DNA from: Pedobacter sp.
GTDB taxonomy: Bacteria; Desulfobacterota; Desulfuromonadia; Desulfuromonadales; Syntrophotaleaceae
NCBI GenBank assembly: GCA_050253415.1
Contig: JBFWJC010000001.1
Span: forward strand, 544,001 to 608,000
Direction of reading: 5' to 3'
DNA: 64,000 nucleotides
This document shows, piece by piece, positions 18,113-28,200 of this stretch. The translations under genes were made by a program, and so were the position numbers. The notes beneath the pieces were generated by a model that ran no database searches, had not been told where the DNA came from, and saw nothing but the letters and a program-made list of their open reading frames with translations. Position 1 is the stretch's first letter; every line of letters begins with the position of its first letter.

Positions 18113-19420
18113 TTATTCACTGTCTCTTCTTTCGATCTTAACCCTCCTGATCGCTGTACCGGTGACTTTGACGCATGTCAGTAGATAGTCTCCCCAGTAT
18201 ACTCGCTCCCCTTCCGAGGGGATGTGCCCCAGTTCAAAGAGAATCAGTCCGGCCAGGGTTTCATAGGGGCGCCCTTTGGCAAAACGAACCTCGAGCAGTT
18301 CCTGCAGGTCGATGAGGGGAATCAGGGCGTCGACGAGATATCCGCCGTCTTTGAGATGCTGAATGCGCTTTGGTTCAACGATATCGTGTTCATCCTCAAT
18401 TTCCCCGACCAGCTCTTCCAACAGGTCTTCGGTGGTGGCCAGTCCTGTGATGCTGCCGTACTCGTCCACCACCAAAGCCATGTGGAGGCGATTGCGCTGC
18501 ATTTCCCGCAAAAGATCACTTATTTTCTTTGATTCGGGAACAAAAAAGGCAGGCCGGATGAATTTTTCAGGGTCAAAATCGAGATCTTGCACCGCCTGTC
18601 CCAGAAGGTCCTTACTATGGATGAATCCCACCACGTTATCGATTTCTCCGCGATAGGCCGGAAACCTCGAATATTGGCCTTTCAAAACCAGCTTCAGAAT
18701 CTCCTCCCGGCTCTGCGCCAGATCCAGCCCAAGGATACGGGGACGTGAGACCATGACCTCGTGCACCTGCGTCTGAGAAAAATCGAACACGTTTTGAATG
18801 AATTTCTGTTCTCCGGATGTGACCTCCCCGGTTTCCCTGCCCTCGGCCAGGAGGTGCTGAATCTCCTCTTTGGTGACGAAGGCTCGCTCCCCTGTTCCCC
18901 TAATCCCCAGGAGGGCTAGAACCGCCCGGCTTGATATGGTGAGGATGAAAACCGCTACCCCTGCGATGCGGGCGAGAAAGTGGATCGGCTTGGCCACGGC
19001 GAGCACGATTTTTTCCGAATGCTCCAGAGCGAGGGCCTTGGGCACCAACTCGCCGAGGATCAGGGAGAGGTAGGCGATAAAGCCGACCACCAGAAAGAGA
19101 GCAATAGGTTCGGCGGCATCGCTGATCATGGGAAACGGTGCCCTTTGCAGAAGCGGCATGATCACTTCGATGGCGGTGATACCGCCGACGGCGGAGGCCA
19201 TGGTCCCGACCAGGGTGACGCCGATCTGTACCGTAGCCAAAAAGCGGTGCGGATCGGCGTGCAGCTGCTCGACGATTTTAGCCCGCTTGTTCCCCTCTGC
19301 AACCAATTGGGCAATGCGGCCGCGGCGCACCGAGACGATGGCGAGTTCTGCGCCGGCAAAAAATCCGTTGGCCAGAATGAGAAGTAAAACGATGACGAGT
19401 TCGAGCCAGAATGATTCCAT
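18113..19420 (-). CDS. Hemolysin-family CNNM/CBS/CorC protein
   Basis: NGFFAGAELA, FLATVQIGVT, GELVPK, YSRFP, VVDEYG, EDLLEELVGEIEDE. Confidence 0.93.
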   Translation of the reverse strand: MESFWLELVIVLLLILANGFFAGAELAIVSVRRGRIAQLVAEGNKRAKIVEQLHADPHRFLATVQIGVTLVGTMASAVGGITAIEVIMPLLQRAPFPMISDAAEPIALFLVVGFIAYLSLILGELVPKALALEHSEKIVLAVAKPIHFLARIAGVAVFILTISSRAVLALLGIRGTGERAFVTKEEIQHLLAEGRETGEVTSGEQKFIQNVFDFSQTQVHEVMVSRPRILGLDLAQSREEILKLVLKGQYSRFPAYRGEIDNVVGFIHSKDLLGQAVQDLDFDPEKFIRPAFFVPESKKISDLLREMQRNRLHMALVVDEYGSITGLATTEDLLEELVGEIEDEHDIVEPKRIQHLKDGGYLVDALIPLIDLQELLEVRFAKGRPYETLAGLILFELGHIPSEGERVYWGDYLLTCVKVTGTAIRRVKIERRDSE

Positions 19421-19717
19421 ACAAAGTCCTTCAATTCCTTATTTTGACCCGGGGGGAGACTTTCTCACGCATACTTCGCCTTTGCCAGGGCAGTCCAGGC
19501 CGTGCTTGAGGAAGGGAAACCGGTAGGTGATGCCAACCAAAGCGAAGTAGAGTTCCCATGGACTGAGATTGGCCAAGGCGATAAAAGTATAGACGATTAA
19601 CGGGGCGATGGTGATGGCAAAAATGACCGAGTTAAAATCGAGCACAAACATTACCTCGGTATCTTTCCCCGGGATGCGGACGATCAGTCCCCGTATCTGG
19701 GTGCCCGGTTTACTTGG

Positions 19718-19810
19718 CTTTTATTGAGCCAGCAAAGCCGCGGTTTCGGCCAACGCTTTGTCCTTGCGCCTGAGTTCCTTGTTCAACTTCTGGATACGCT
19801 TGCCATCGAT
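19718..19810 (-). mobile_element. IS3-family OrfA C-terminal remnant
   Basis: Translates DGKRIQKLNKELRRKDKALAETAALL, matching the ELRRK.KALAE.AALL motif of IS3-family OrfA; decays at the frameshift site. Confidence 0.65.
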
Positions 19811-19811
19811 A

Positions 19812-19880
19812 TGCTTAACCGGTTGGATTCAAGGCTAACCAGCATCTGGTCGCGCTACTGCTGAAGTTGGGCGTTATGCA
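19812..19880 (+). repeat. Degenerate attC-like palindrome
   Basis: TGCTTAAC ... ATTCAAGGC ... GCTGAAG-TTGGGC-GTTATGCA; right end fits L'-6bp-R' (GTTRRRY-like); left spacing is imperfect. Confidence 0.3.
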
Positions 19881-20003
19881 ATTCCCGCATGACGAAAAAA
19901 TCCCACGAAATATATTAAGCGGGATTTTTGTGTCTAATAGAAGATGTTTGTGGGATGGTTATCAAGTTCGGTTAGTGAAGGCTTTGAAGCCTGAGATGAA
20001 ATG

Positions 20004-20492
20004 CTATTTTGTGTTTTCCTCAATGGGTTGAGAAGGACTGATAAAGGCGCGTCCTTGGCTTCCAACCATTACACATTCAATGATAGGTATATTAACAGGT
20101 TTGGCGGCATTCCAGCGAATAAGGAAGTTTGCACCGACTCCTCCTTCTTGATCACGTTCGGAAAGATAAAGATAGACTGTTTCCAAAGGGGCCAGTTTCA
20201 CAGGTTTTGTATAAAAACTTTTTATAAGGACTCCCTTCGTATTATAGTAGTCCGCTACCGAAACTCGAATTTCATTGTGCAGGTCTGTATTTCTGATTAT
20301 CAGCGTGTTGGAGAGATGGACAGGGACTTTTCTGGGACCGGCAATAACATTAGAATAAACCGGAACATAAACGGTCTGTCCTTTAGCCAAGAGGATCTCT
20401 GCTGCCTCAAGAAAGCTTGGATAAAAATTGACCAAGAAAACGGCTGAGATAATGAAGAAAATCCATTTAATCGAATGCTTTTTGACACCCAT
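20004..20492 (-). CDS. DUF3124 family protein
   Basis: GQTVYVPVYS, TLIIRNTD, ADYYNTKG, D.EGGVGANFL, PIIECVM. Confidence 0.85.
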   Translation of the reverse strand: MGVKKHSIKWIFFIISAVFLVNFYPSFLEAAEILLAKGQTVYVPVYSNVIAGPRKVPVHLSNTLIIRNTDLHNEIRVSVADYYNTKGVLIKSFYTKPVKLAPLETVYLYLSERDQEGGVGANFLIRWNAAKPVNIPIIECVMVGSQGRAFISPSQPIEENTK

Positions 20493-20913
20493 ATATCACC
20501 CCTGCATTTTATCCAGATGCTATGCTCATAAATTAAAATCACTCGTTTCTCGAGGAGCAGTTTAACACAGGGACCATTTTTTGCTATCGCACTATTTATA
20601 AAGAGAATAGTTAAAAACCAGCCTTCTCGGCTGAGTTGAAGCATAAGTTAAGGTGTCCACCGTTGGTTATGTTGCAGAAGAAAAATCGCTCTTTAATCCA
20701 AAATTCCTTCATAGCCTGGTTTATAGGCCTCCCCGATTCAGGGATCGAAGGTTTTTCTTGTCCGTTGGGTGGTAAATCAAAAGACCGAAAGTCCAAATTG
20801 CGCGAGAGAAACAGCCTGCTCAGTCGTCTAAGCCAACCTTAGCAGGATAAGGCTTTACTCAGGCAGGGCTGTTAAATAGGTGGTAACGTTTTGATGGAAG
20901 TTTATGAGGTCTT

Positions 20914-21351
20914 TTGTTTTTGAATATTCAGCCTGTACCGTTAGAGAAAAGGGATTCTCTTGATCTATCGCTCTGCCGCGAATGTGGCGGCCGTTGCTGT
21001 CAGGGAAGTCCCGGAATATGGGTTGATCCGGAGCGATTTTTCGCTCTGTTTTTTGCGGGGCAACGTTTGACGCTTGCGCAACTGCGCGGACAACTGTCCG
21101 ACCTGGGCTTGGTGTTGTGGGGCAACAGCGGTGTGCCGATCCCTGCCCCCCGGTCATTGAATTCGGGGTGCGCGTTTCTCGGGGTTGACGGTTGTCGTTT
21201 GTCGGTCGCTGAGAGGCCTTGCCAATGTCTGGCATTGATTCCCGTCAAAGAGACCCTCGATCAACAACGGGGCTGTCTGTGCAAGTTGCCGGAGGCTTTC
21301 AGTCGGGATGCAGGCCGGGAGCGCTGGCGGAAATACTGGCAGACGGTTTAA
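20914..21351 (+). CDS. YkgJ-like cysteine-cluster (CxxCxxxCC) protein
   Basis: CRECGGRCC, CAFL, GC, RPCQC. Confidence 0.75.
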   Translation: MFLNIQPVPLEKRDSLDLSLCRECGGRCCQGSPGIWVDPERFFALFFAGQRLTLAQLRGQLSDLGLVLWGNSGVPIPAPRSLNSGCAFLGVDGCRLSVAERPCQCLALIPVKETLDQQRGCLCKLPEAFSRDAGRERWRKYWQTV

Positions 21352-21503
21352 CGTCTGGTCGCCCGGTACGATACTCTCGCCGCAGTAGGCATCCCTGCTT
21401 ACCCATCCCTGAACTTTTGCGATAGTATCAAGATTGGACAAGAGACTGTAGATTGGGTAACAATAGGTTTTTTCATATTTGAAGTCATACAAGGAGATTT
21501 ATC

Positions 21504-21785
21504 ATGGCGAGAGCACGTGCCCGGCACATCCTGGTGCCTACCGAGGAAGAATGCATTACCCTGAAGAATAAGATCGAAGCTGGTGAAGATTTTGCCGATA
21601 TCGCCAAAAAGTACTCCAAGTGCCCCTCCGGCAGAAAAGGTGGCGCTCTTGGTGAATTTTTCCCCGGTCAGATGGTCAAAGAATTTGACGAAGTGGTTTT
21701 TTCCGGTGAAGTCGGCAAGGTTCTCGGCCCGGTGAAAACTCAGTTCGGCTACCATTTGATTGAAATCACCGGCCGCGTAGACTGA
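21504..21785 (+). CDS. ppiC: Parvulin peptidyl-prolyl isomerase
   Basis: ARHILV, SKCPSG, GGALGEF, GQMVKEFD, KTQFGYHLI. Confidence 0.95.
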   Translation: MARARARHILVPTEEECITLKNKIEAGEDFADIAKKYSKCPSGRKGGALGEFFPGQMVKEFDEVVFSGEVGKVLGPVKTQFGYHLIEITGRVD

Positions 21786-21887
21786 GAATTACCATGACAG
21801 CCCTGTGGGGCGGGCAGTGCCCGCCTCACACCCTGAAAGGCCTCTTGGTTTGTCCCGCCTGACACATCTCATCCTCCCGTCCAGCAA

Positions 21888-22568
21888 GTGACTGAAATGA
21901 TTTTACAACTAATGGAAATGCTCGATGCGGTGCAAGGCGAGGTGGTTTTCTTCGTCGAAGACGGACCGCTTAAAACCAAACTGGTCGATCGCTACCTGGA
22001 GGAAGACGACGCGCATGCCGAGATCTTCGACTTTGAACTCCACGCGTCGGTTCGCATCAGGCGGGACGAGGGCGGGGCTGTCCCGGTCTTTGAATGCCGA
22101 TTGGAGACAGGCGATTTCCAGTACCAGACCGTTTTGGCGGTCGGGGATTTGGATGCGGATCAAATAACCGAACTGATGGATCGGCTGCGGCCGCTTTGTC
22201 CGGTTTTGCCCAAAAAAGACGGTCGCCCCCGCAGGAACATTCTCAGGAAGAAAAATGGCCGCGGCTTGCTCAACCTCTCCGACGCTTCAAAGGCCCTTGG
22301 CCTCTCCCCCAGGGGCTTGAAGTCGCTGATTCCCTGCAGTGAAATACGGGTCGCGGAGGAACATGGCGAGAAGACCATCGAGGAATACTACTGGGAAAAG
22401 GATTTGGTCGGCAGGTTCCAAACCTTGTGGGCGGAGCATAAACAGGGTCGCGGTTATAAGCGCGAGGATGTGACCTTCATCGCGCAATGGTGCTGTGATG
22501 GCGACATGCAATGGGCCCGGGACCCGATTGCTGAATTTGTGGAACAGCGCACCCTGTGTGGGGACTGA
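21888..22568 (+). CDS. Hypothetical protein
   Basis: 226-aa ORF with coding-like composition; possible HTH-like segment LNLSDASKALGLS. Confidence 0.6.
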   Translation: MTEMILQLMEMLDAVQGEVVFFVEDGPLKTKLVDRYLEEDDAHAEIFDFELHASVRIRRDEGGAVPVFECRLETGDFQYQTVLAVGDLDADQITELMDRLRPLCPVLPKKDGRPRRNILRKKNGRGLLNLSDASKALGLSPRGLKSLIPCSEIRVAEEHGEKTIEEYYWEKDLVGRFQTLWAEHKQGRGYKREDVTFIAQWCCDGDMQWARDPIAEFVEQRTLCGD

Positions 22569-22681
22569 ACCTTTCAAATCTGGCGGGTATGTGATTACCC
22601 CGACCCGACCGGACCGCGATGCTCCCATTCAACAGAGGTACCGGAATCGGGCCTCGCGTGTAAATATTCATGGTGCAGGTT

Positions 22682-23197
22682 TCATAATCGCAGTTCGATA
22701 CGTGGAAACTCGCCGCGATCCTCATGCAGACAGCGTTGCACTTCCGTAATCAATGGCGCAACCTCGATGCCGAGATAGGTCCCCTTGACCAGGGAGAGTT
22801 TTTCTATGCCGGCCCGGGTGAGGGACTGCGCCCCTTGCGGTTCACCGATGAAGCGCTTTAGCTGGGCAGCCGCCAGCTGGATCAACCCCTGCACGAATCG
22901 ACCGCATACGGTCGATCTTTGCCCCGCCGCCAGCCACACCATTTCAAACACCTCATGCGCCTCCCACCAGTAACCGTGATTGAACAGGTCGATGCCGTAC
23001 AGATAGGGCTCGCAATTGCGCCAGTCGTCAGGACGAAAGTGTGGCAGGTCGTCCTGCGCTTTCAGACGGGGGTGTCCTGTCGCAGTGCTACGTGGATGGG
23101 CGCCGGGGGCCCCGGCCAGGTGGGGAAGGTAGCGGATAGGTGGGAACGGGCGTTGCGTATAACGCGGTAGCTCGGGTTTGGTGAAGAGCGGCTCCAT
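22682..23197 (-). CDS. DUF309 domain protein
   Basis: GIDLFNHGYWWEAHEVFE, QGLIQLAAA. Confidence 0.9.
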   Translation of the reverse strand: MEPLFTKPELPRYTQRPFPPIRYLPHLAGAPGAHPRSTATGHPRLKAQDDLPHFRPDDWRNCEPYLYGIDLFNHGYWWEAHEVFEMVWLAAGQRSTVCGRFVQGLIQLAAAQLKRFIGEPQGAQSLTRAGIEKLSLVKGTYLGIEVAPLITEVQRCLHEDRGEFPRIELRL

Positions 23198-23330
23198 GCG
23201 TGGGTTCCCGTTTGTTTTGACCTAACCCTGTGACATTGCCGCAGGTGATCGCGGAGTCGGGGGGGCGACCCCGCGATCTTGATGTCGAAGGTTTAAATGT
23301 TTGTTTCTGATTTTTTCGGCACCGTCCGGT

Positions 23331-24200
23331 TCAGCGTGGCTGGTAATAGCCCATCGCCTCGGGCAGCAGAGCGTTGAGTTGCTGGATGCGGGTCTGGTCG
23401 GTCGGGTGCGTGCTGAGAAATTCGGGCACCCCGGCTCCGCCCTGCTGGGCCATGCGCTGCCACACTTCGATGGCCGCATGGGGGTCGTAACCGGCCATGG
23501 CCATAAAGATGAGACCGAGGTGGTCGGCTTCGCTTTCCTGCAGGCGACTATAGGGGAGCACGACGCCAAGGGTCGCTCCCACTCCGAACACCTTCATCCA
23601 CAGGGCCTGACTCGCCTCGGGTTGGCTGGCCAGCACCGCCGAAAGGGCCTGCCCTCCCATCTGAGTCAGCAGTTCCTGACTCATTCGTTCATTACCGTGC
23701 CGGGCGATGACGTGTGCGACCTCGTGCGCCATGACCGCAGCCAGGCCGGCTTCATCGCGGGTGATAGGCAAAATTCCGCTGTAAACGGTGACTTTCCCCC
23801 CCGGCATGGCCCAGGCGTTAACCTCCGGACTATTCACCAGGCTGAATTCCCACTGGTAGCCGGACAGTTGGCTGAGCTGGTTGCGGTTGGTTAAAAACTG
23901 CTCGACCGCGCTGCGGATGCGCTCGCCGACCCTCTGCACCATGGCGCTTTCCCGGGTGTTGCGGATCACCTCGTGGCTGGTGAGGAATTCATCGTATTGT
24001 TGTTGGCTGGCAGCGGTCAGGGTGCCTTCGGATACCAGGTTGAGCTGCTGGCGCTGGGTAAAGGGGACGGTGCTGCAGCCCCCGACCAGAAGGACCAATG
24101 CGCACAGGAGGATATGCCGATATCTGCTGCATCGTGCAGGTTGTCTTATGGCGGGGGCAGTACCCCGAGAGCCGATTACCGTTGGTCTGAATTGATTCAT
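23331..24200 (-). CDS. M48-family metallopeptidase lipoprotein
   Basis: NAWAMPGGK, HEVAH, YSRLQESEAD, FLSTHP; lipobox VGGC. Confidence 0.93.
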   Translation of the reverse strand: MNQFRPTVIGSRGTAPAIRQPARCSRYRHILLCALVLLVGGCSTVPFTQRQQLNLVSEGTLTAASQQQYDEFLTSHEVIRNTRESAMVQRVGERIRSAVEQFLTNRNQLSQLSGYQWEFSLVNSPEVNAWAMPGGKVTVYSGILPITRDEAGLAAVMAHEVAHVIARHGNERMSQELLTQMGGQALSAVLASQPEASQALWMKVFGVGATLGVVLPYSRLQESEADHLGLIFMAMAGYDPHAAIEVWQRMAQQGGAGVPEFLSTHPTDQTRIQQLNALLPEAMGYYQPR

Positions 24201-24366
24201 GGCCACTCTCCTTGATGAGCATGACTACTGACACCATCAAGTGTTCCAGAATTCTGCGTACAGTCAACAGCCTGGTCCAACGATTTGGCAACAGGGTTAA
24301 AAGCCGGGGGCTATCAATGGAATGAACAGGTAACCGATATTTGTTTAACTTTTTGCAGGGGTAGAC

Positions 24367-24882
24367 TCAGCGTCCTTTTTTACCCTGCACTTTGGGCGCC
24401 TTTGCCGCCGTTTTAAACTCTGGCTCATAGCCGATCACGAAACTGCTGGCGGTTTCGTTGCGCATACTCAGGAAATGAGCATTGTTTTTATCAAACGGAC
24501 AAACGGGTACTTTACAGGGTTCGAAACCGAACTTTTTATAAAAACGCGGTTGCCCCAGCACGAACAGCGGCTGATTCTTGATCGGCTCCTGCCGTAATGC
24601 AAATCGGAGCAGTTCCGATCCCACCCCCTGTTTTTGAAACTCGGGGGTCACCGCCATGGGCGCCAGGTGCAAGCCGCAAATCTCACTGCCATGGTAGGCC
24701 TGGGTGAAGGCGATGTAGGCGATGGCCTTGTTGGTCTGGATGCACACCCATTCATGCACCAGGGTGCCGTTTTCATGGAGCTTTTGAACCAGATCGGCTT
24801 CGTATTCGCTGCGGGGAAAGGCACGGCGCAACAGGGCGTAGACCTTGGCGCGGTTTTGTTCCGTCAATTTCTGTATCTTCAT
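24367..24882 (-). CDS. GNAT N-acetyltransferase (YhbS-like)
   Basis: LAPMAVTPEFQKQGVGSEL, VLGQPRFYKKFGF. Confidence 0.9.
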   Translation of the reverse strand: MKIQKLTEQNRAKVYALLRRAFPRSEYEADLVQKLHENGTLVHEWVCIQTNKAIAYIAFTQAYHGSEICGLHLAPMAVTPEFQKQGVGSELLRFALRQEPIKNQPLFVLGQPRFYKKFGFEPCKVPVCPFDKNNAHFLSMRNETASSFVIGYEPEFKTAAKAPKVQGKKGR

Positions 24883-24980
24883 ATCAGGCTCCCAGTGTCC
24901 CGTTTGGGTCGTCGTGTCAAATAATTCTGAGGCATTTTGGGTCTTGCCAAGGCAGGTTAACGCTGGCGCAACGCTCCTCG

Positions 24981-26423
24981 TCAGCACAGCCTCAGCTGGC
25001 CGTCCTCCTCGACATCGAATTCTGCTTCTTCCCTGACCGGAACCGGGGCCGGTTTGGCCGGCACGACCTGCACAGGGGGAAGTTCCTGTTCTGTTTCGAT
25101 GATCTCGGGCTGCCGGGTTGCGTCGTCGATCTGCAAGCCTTGTTCTACGGCCCGTTTGGCGAGCTTGTCGCAGCGTTCGTTAAAGGGATGCCCGGCGTGG
25201 CCTCGCACCCATTCCCAGCTCACCTGATGCTGGCTGGCTAGAGCCGCGAGTTGCCGCCAGAGATCCTGGTTCGCGAGAGCATCCGGAGTGTCGAGCCGCC
25301 CGTTGCGGATCCAGCCCTGCAACCATTCGCTCATTCCCCGAACCAGATACTGGGAATCGCTGAAAACCCGTACCGTCTGTGGCTTGTGCAGGGCCTCCAG
25401 ACCCCGGATGGCCGCCAGCAGTTCCATGCGCTGCGAGGTGGCCACGGGCTCGAAACCGCTCAGTTCCTTTTCGTGCTCCCCGTAGCGCAGGATTACGCCA
25501 TAGCCTCCCGGCCCCGAGTCTCTGCCGGAGCCGTCGCTGTAGATCTCGACCACGCCCGGCGGTGGCGGGGTGAAAGCGATCTCCAGGGCTTCGAATTCCA
25601 GTTCGCGCAACAGGGGTATCAGATCCGCAAGGTTCGGACTCTGTCGCTGCAGATCGGCCAGGCAAATCTCCAGGACCACGTCATCCCTTAAGGTGGCCAG
25701 GGTTTTCGACAGCCGGGCCTGCTCTGCATGGGCTTCCAGATTGCTGCGGCGCTTCTTTCCGTTCACCAGGCTGGTCCATTTGAGGACGCCTTCCAGTGAA
25801 CCGAAGCGCTGTATCAGCTCGGAGGCGGTTTTCTCGCCGATCCCGGGAACGCCGGGGATATTGTCCGAGGTGTCGCCGGCCAGCCCAAGCACATCAGCCA
25901 CCAGTTCCGGGGCGACGCCGAAGCGCTCGAAGACCTGTTGCGGTCCGGAGCGCGTGTCCTTCATGGTGTCGAGCAGGCAGATCTCGTTGCTGACAATCTG
26001 CATCAGATCCTTGTCGCCGGTGACCACCGTGACCTGCAGGCCTTCGGCGGCATAGCGGCGCGCCAGGGTGGCAATGACATCGTCCGCCTCGTACCCGGGC
26101 GCTTCCAATGCCGGAATATTGAGGGCCTGCAGGATCTGCCTGATATAGGGTATCTGAGGTGCCAGATCCTCGGGCATGGCGTCCCGATGCGCCTTGTATT
26201 CGGGATAGATGTCCCGGCGGAAGGTCTCTTCCCTTGGACGGTCGAAGACCACGGCCAGATAATCGGGGTTGTGCTCCTGCATAAGTCCCAGCAACATCCT
26301 GGTGAAACCATATACGGCGTTGGTCGGCATGCCGCCGGTGGTGGCGACGTCGCGGATGCCGTAGTAGGCGCGGTAGATGTAACTGGAGCCGTCGAGTAAA
26401 AACAGCTGTGGGGATAACTTCAC
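24981..26423 (-). CDS. 5'-3' exonuclease (PolA N-terminal/FEN type) fused to ribonuclease HI
   Basis: DGSS, EADDVIATL, TGDKD, GDTSDNIPGVPGIGEKTA, then IYSDGS, RMELLA, SDSQY, WVRGHAGHPFNERCD; GTG start with GGGAG RBS. Confidence 0.9.
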   Translation of the reverse strand: MKLSPQLFLLDGSSYIYRAYYGIRDVATTGGMPTNAVYGFTRMLLGLMQEHNPDYLAVVFDRPREETFRRDIYPEYKAHRDAMPEDLAPQIPYIRQILQALNIPALEAPGYEADDVIATLARRYAAEGLQVTVVTGDKDLMQIVSNEICLLDTMKDTRSGPQQVFERFGVAPELVADVLGLAGDTSDNIPGVPGIGEKTASELIQRFGSLEGVLKWTSLVNGKKRRSNLEAHAEQARLSKTLATLRDDVVLEICLADLQRQSPNLADLIPLLRELEFEALEIAFTPPPPGVVEIYSDGSGRDSGPGGYGVILRYGEHEKELSGFEPVATSQRMELLAAIRGLEALHKPQTVRVFSDSQYLVRGMSEWLQGWIRNGRLDTPDALANQDLWRQLAALASQHQVSWEWVRGHAGHPFNERCDKLAKRAVEQGLQIDDATRQPEIIETEQELPPVQVVPAKPAPVPVREEAEFDVEEDGQLRLC

Positions 26424-26597
26424 ATTCTCTCCCGGTGTGTGCCTTGGTGTCTGGGTTGCTACGGTTTTCAGATCGCGGTCAGAATCGCACATCCTGGAAA
26501 CTGTGCAAAATATTTTCTATTTATGCGCATCCTGCTGGGTGATGAGAGATCAAAGTGGAGACGGTGGATAGCTGATATCCTTAAAACCTCTAAACAG

Positions 26598-26680
26598 ACA
26601 GGGATAGACAGGATATTCAGGATGAAATCGTAAAGTCCAATCTTTTGGTTTTAATCCTGTGCATCCTGTATATCCCTGTT
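26598..26680. repeat. Palindromic element with about 9-nt periodic arms
   Basis: ACAGGGATAG-ACAGGATAT-TCAGGAT ... ATCCTGTGC-ATCCTGTAT-ATCCCTGT. Confidence 0.7.
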
Positions 26681-26690
26681 ATCCCCTGAC

Positions 26691-28073
26691 TTAACTGAAT
26701 TTGCGGATTTTGAAAAACCGCCCCTTGATTTTATTCGCCCTCAAGCGAGCAAGGGCAAGATTTGCGCTGGTCTGGCGAATGGCGACGTAGGTGTGGAAAT
26801 CGAAGACATTGATTTTCCCGACCTCGCCGGCGGGGATGCCCGCATCGCCGGTCAGGGCGCCGAGGATATCGCCGGGGCGCATCTTGTTCTTACGACCGCC
26901 GTCGATGCAGAGGGTCACCATCGGCGCTTGGAGGGTGACCGTCGACGGCATGGCCAGCGTATCCAACTCGACACGGGGGACGGTGTCGCCGAGATAATCT
27001 TCAATGGCCGCCGCCCGTCGATTGTCCGCCGGGGTCACCAGACTCAGCGCCAGTCCCTGCTCCCCGGCCCGGCCGGTGCGGCCGATACGGTGGACATGCA
27101 CCTCCGGATCGCGGGTCAACTCGTAGTTGATAACGGCGGTCAGCTCCTTGATGTCGATGCCGCGCGCCGCGACGTCGGTGGCAACCAGGATGGACACGCT
27201 TTTGTTGGCAAACCGCGCCAGCACCTGGTCGCGTTCGCGCTGTTCCAGGTCGCCATGAATCGCCAGGGCGGAGAAGCCGCGCTCCGCCAGGGCATCGGCC
27301 ACTTCCTGGCAATCCTTTTTGGTGTTGCAAAATATCAGGGTCGATTCCGGATGATAATGGCCGAGTATCCGGGCCACTGCGGCAATCCGCTCGCGGTTTT
27401 CCACCAAAAAGAAGAGCTGCTGGATCTGCCCGCCATCATGAACCGATTCCACCTTAACCGTAACGGGTTGGCGCTGTACCGTTGCACTCATGGCGGCGAT
27501 CGATTCGGGGTAGGTGGCCGAGAACAGCAGTGTCTGGCGGCGGTTCGGAGTGGCCTCGACGATGGCGGCGAGATCTTCCTGGAAGCCCATGTCGAGCATG
27601 CGATCGGCTTCATCGAGGACCAGCATGCGCAAGGATCTGAGGTTAAGGCTGCCGCGCCGCAGGTGGTCAAGAATCCGGCCGGGGGTGCCGACCACGATAT
27701 GAGCGCCGTGCTCCAGGGAACCGAGCTGCGGCCCGAAGGGGACGCCGCCGCACAGGGTCAGGATCTTGATGTTGTCGGTAAAGCGGGCGAGACGTCGCAA
27801 TTCCTTGCCGACCTGGTCGGCGAGTTCGCGGGTTGGACATAAGACCAGCCCCTGTACCCTGAAGCTGGTCACATCCAGCCGCGACAGAAGGCCGATGCCA
27901 AACGCGGCGGTCTTGCCGCTGCCGGTCTTCGCCTGGGCAATCACGTCGGACCCCGCCAGAATCGGCGGCAGACTGTGGGCCTGTATCGGGGTCATCTCGC
28001 TGTAGCCGAGGGAGTCCAGGTTTTGCAGCATCGATTTGTTCAAGGGGAGGGTGGAAAACGCGGTCGGTATCAT
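26691..28073 (-). CDS. dbpA: ATP-dependent RNA helicase DbpA
   Basis: AKTGSGKT, PTREL, DEAD, SAT, HRIGRTGR; C-terminal DbpA RNA-binding domain (GGRKNKMRPGDILGAL). Confidence 0.95.
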   Translation of the reverse strand: MIPTAFSTLPLNKSMLQNLDSLGYSEMTPIQAHSLPPILAGSDVIAQAKTGSGKTAAFGIGLLSRLDVTSFRVQGLVLCPTRELADQVGKELRRLARFTDNIKILTLCGGVPFGPQLGSLEHGAHIVVGTPGRILDHLRRGSLNLRSLRMLVLDEADRMLDMGFQEDLAAIVEATPNRRQTLLFSATYPESIAAMSATVQRQPVTVKVESVHDGGQIQQLFFLVENRERIAAVARILGHYHPESTLIFCNTKKDCQEVADALAERGFSALAIHGDLEQRERDQVLARFANKSVSILVATDVAARGIDIKELTAVINYELTRDPEVHVHRIGRTGRAGEQGLALSLVTPADNRRAAAIEDYLGDTVPRVELDTLAMPSTVTLQAPMVTLCIDGGRKNKMRPGDILGALTGDAGIPAGEVGKINVFDFHTYVAIRQTSANLALARLRANKIKGRFFKIRKFS

Positions 28074-28200
28074 GGGCTGCTCTCTTGTTGAGGATTAATA
28101 ACTTGAGGAGCCCTGCAGGGAAGGTCTCAACTCTTTACTCTGTTTTACTTCTTTTCGGCGTTTTGAACAAGGCACAGAGGCGGTTACCCGGCTGCGCAGT

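Noticed and set aside
20500..20880. Short ORFs and a possible IS end (AACAGCC...GGCTGTT)
   Set aside because: No recognisable protein motifs and the inverted repeat is too weak
26793..27842. 349-aa plus-strand ORF
   Set aside because: Antisense shadow of dbpA
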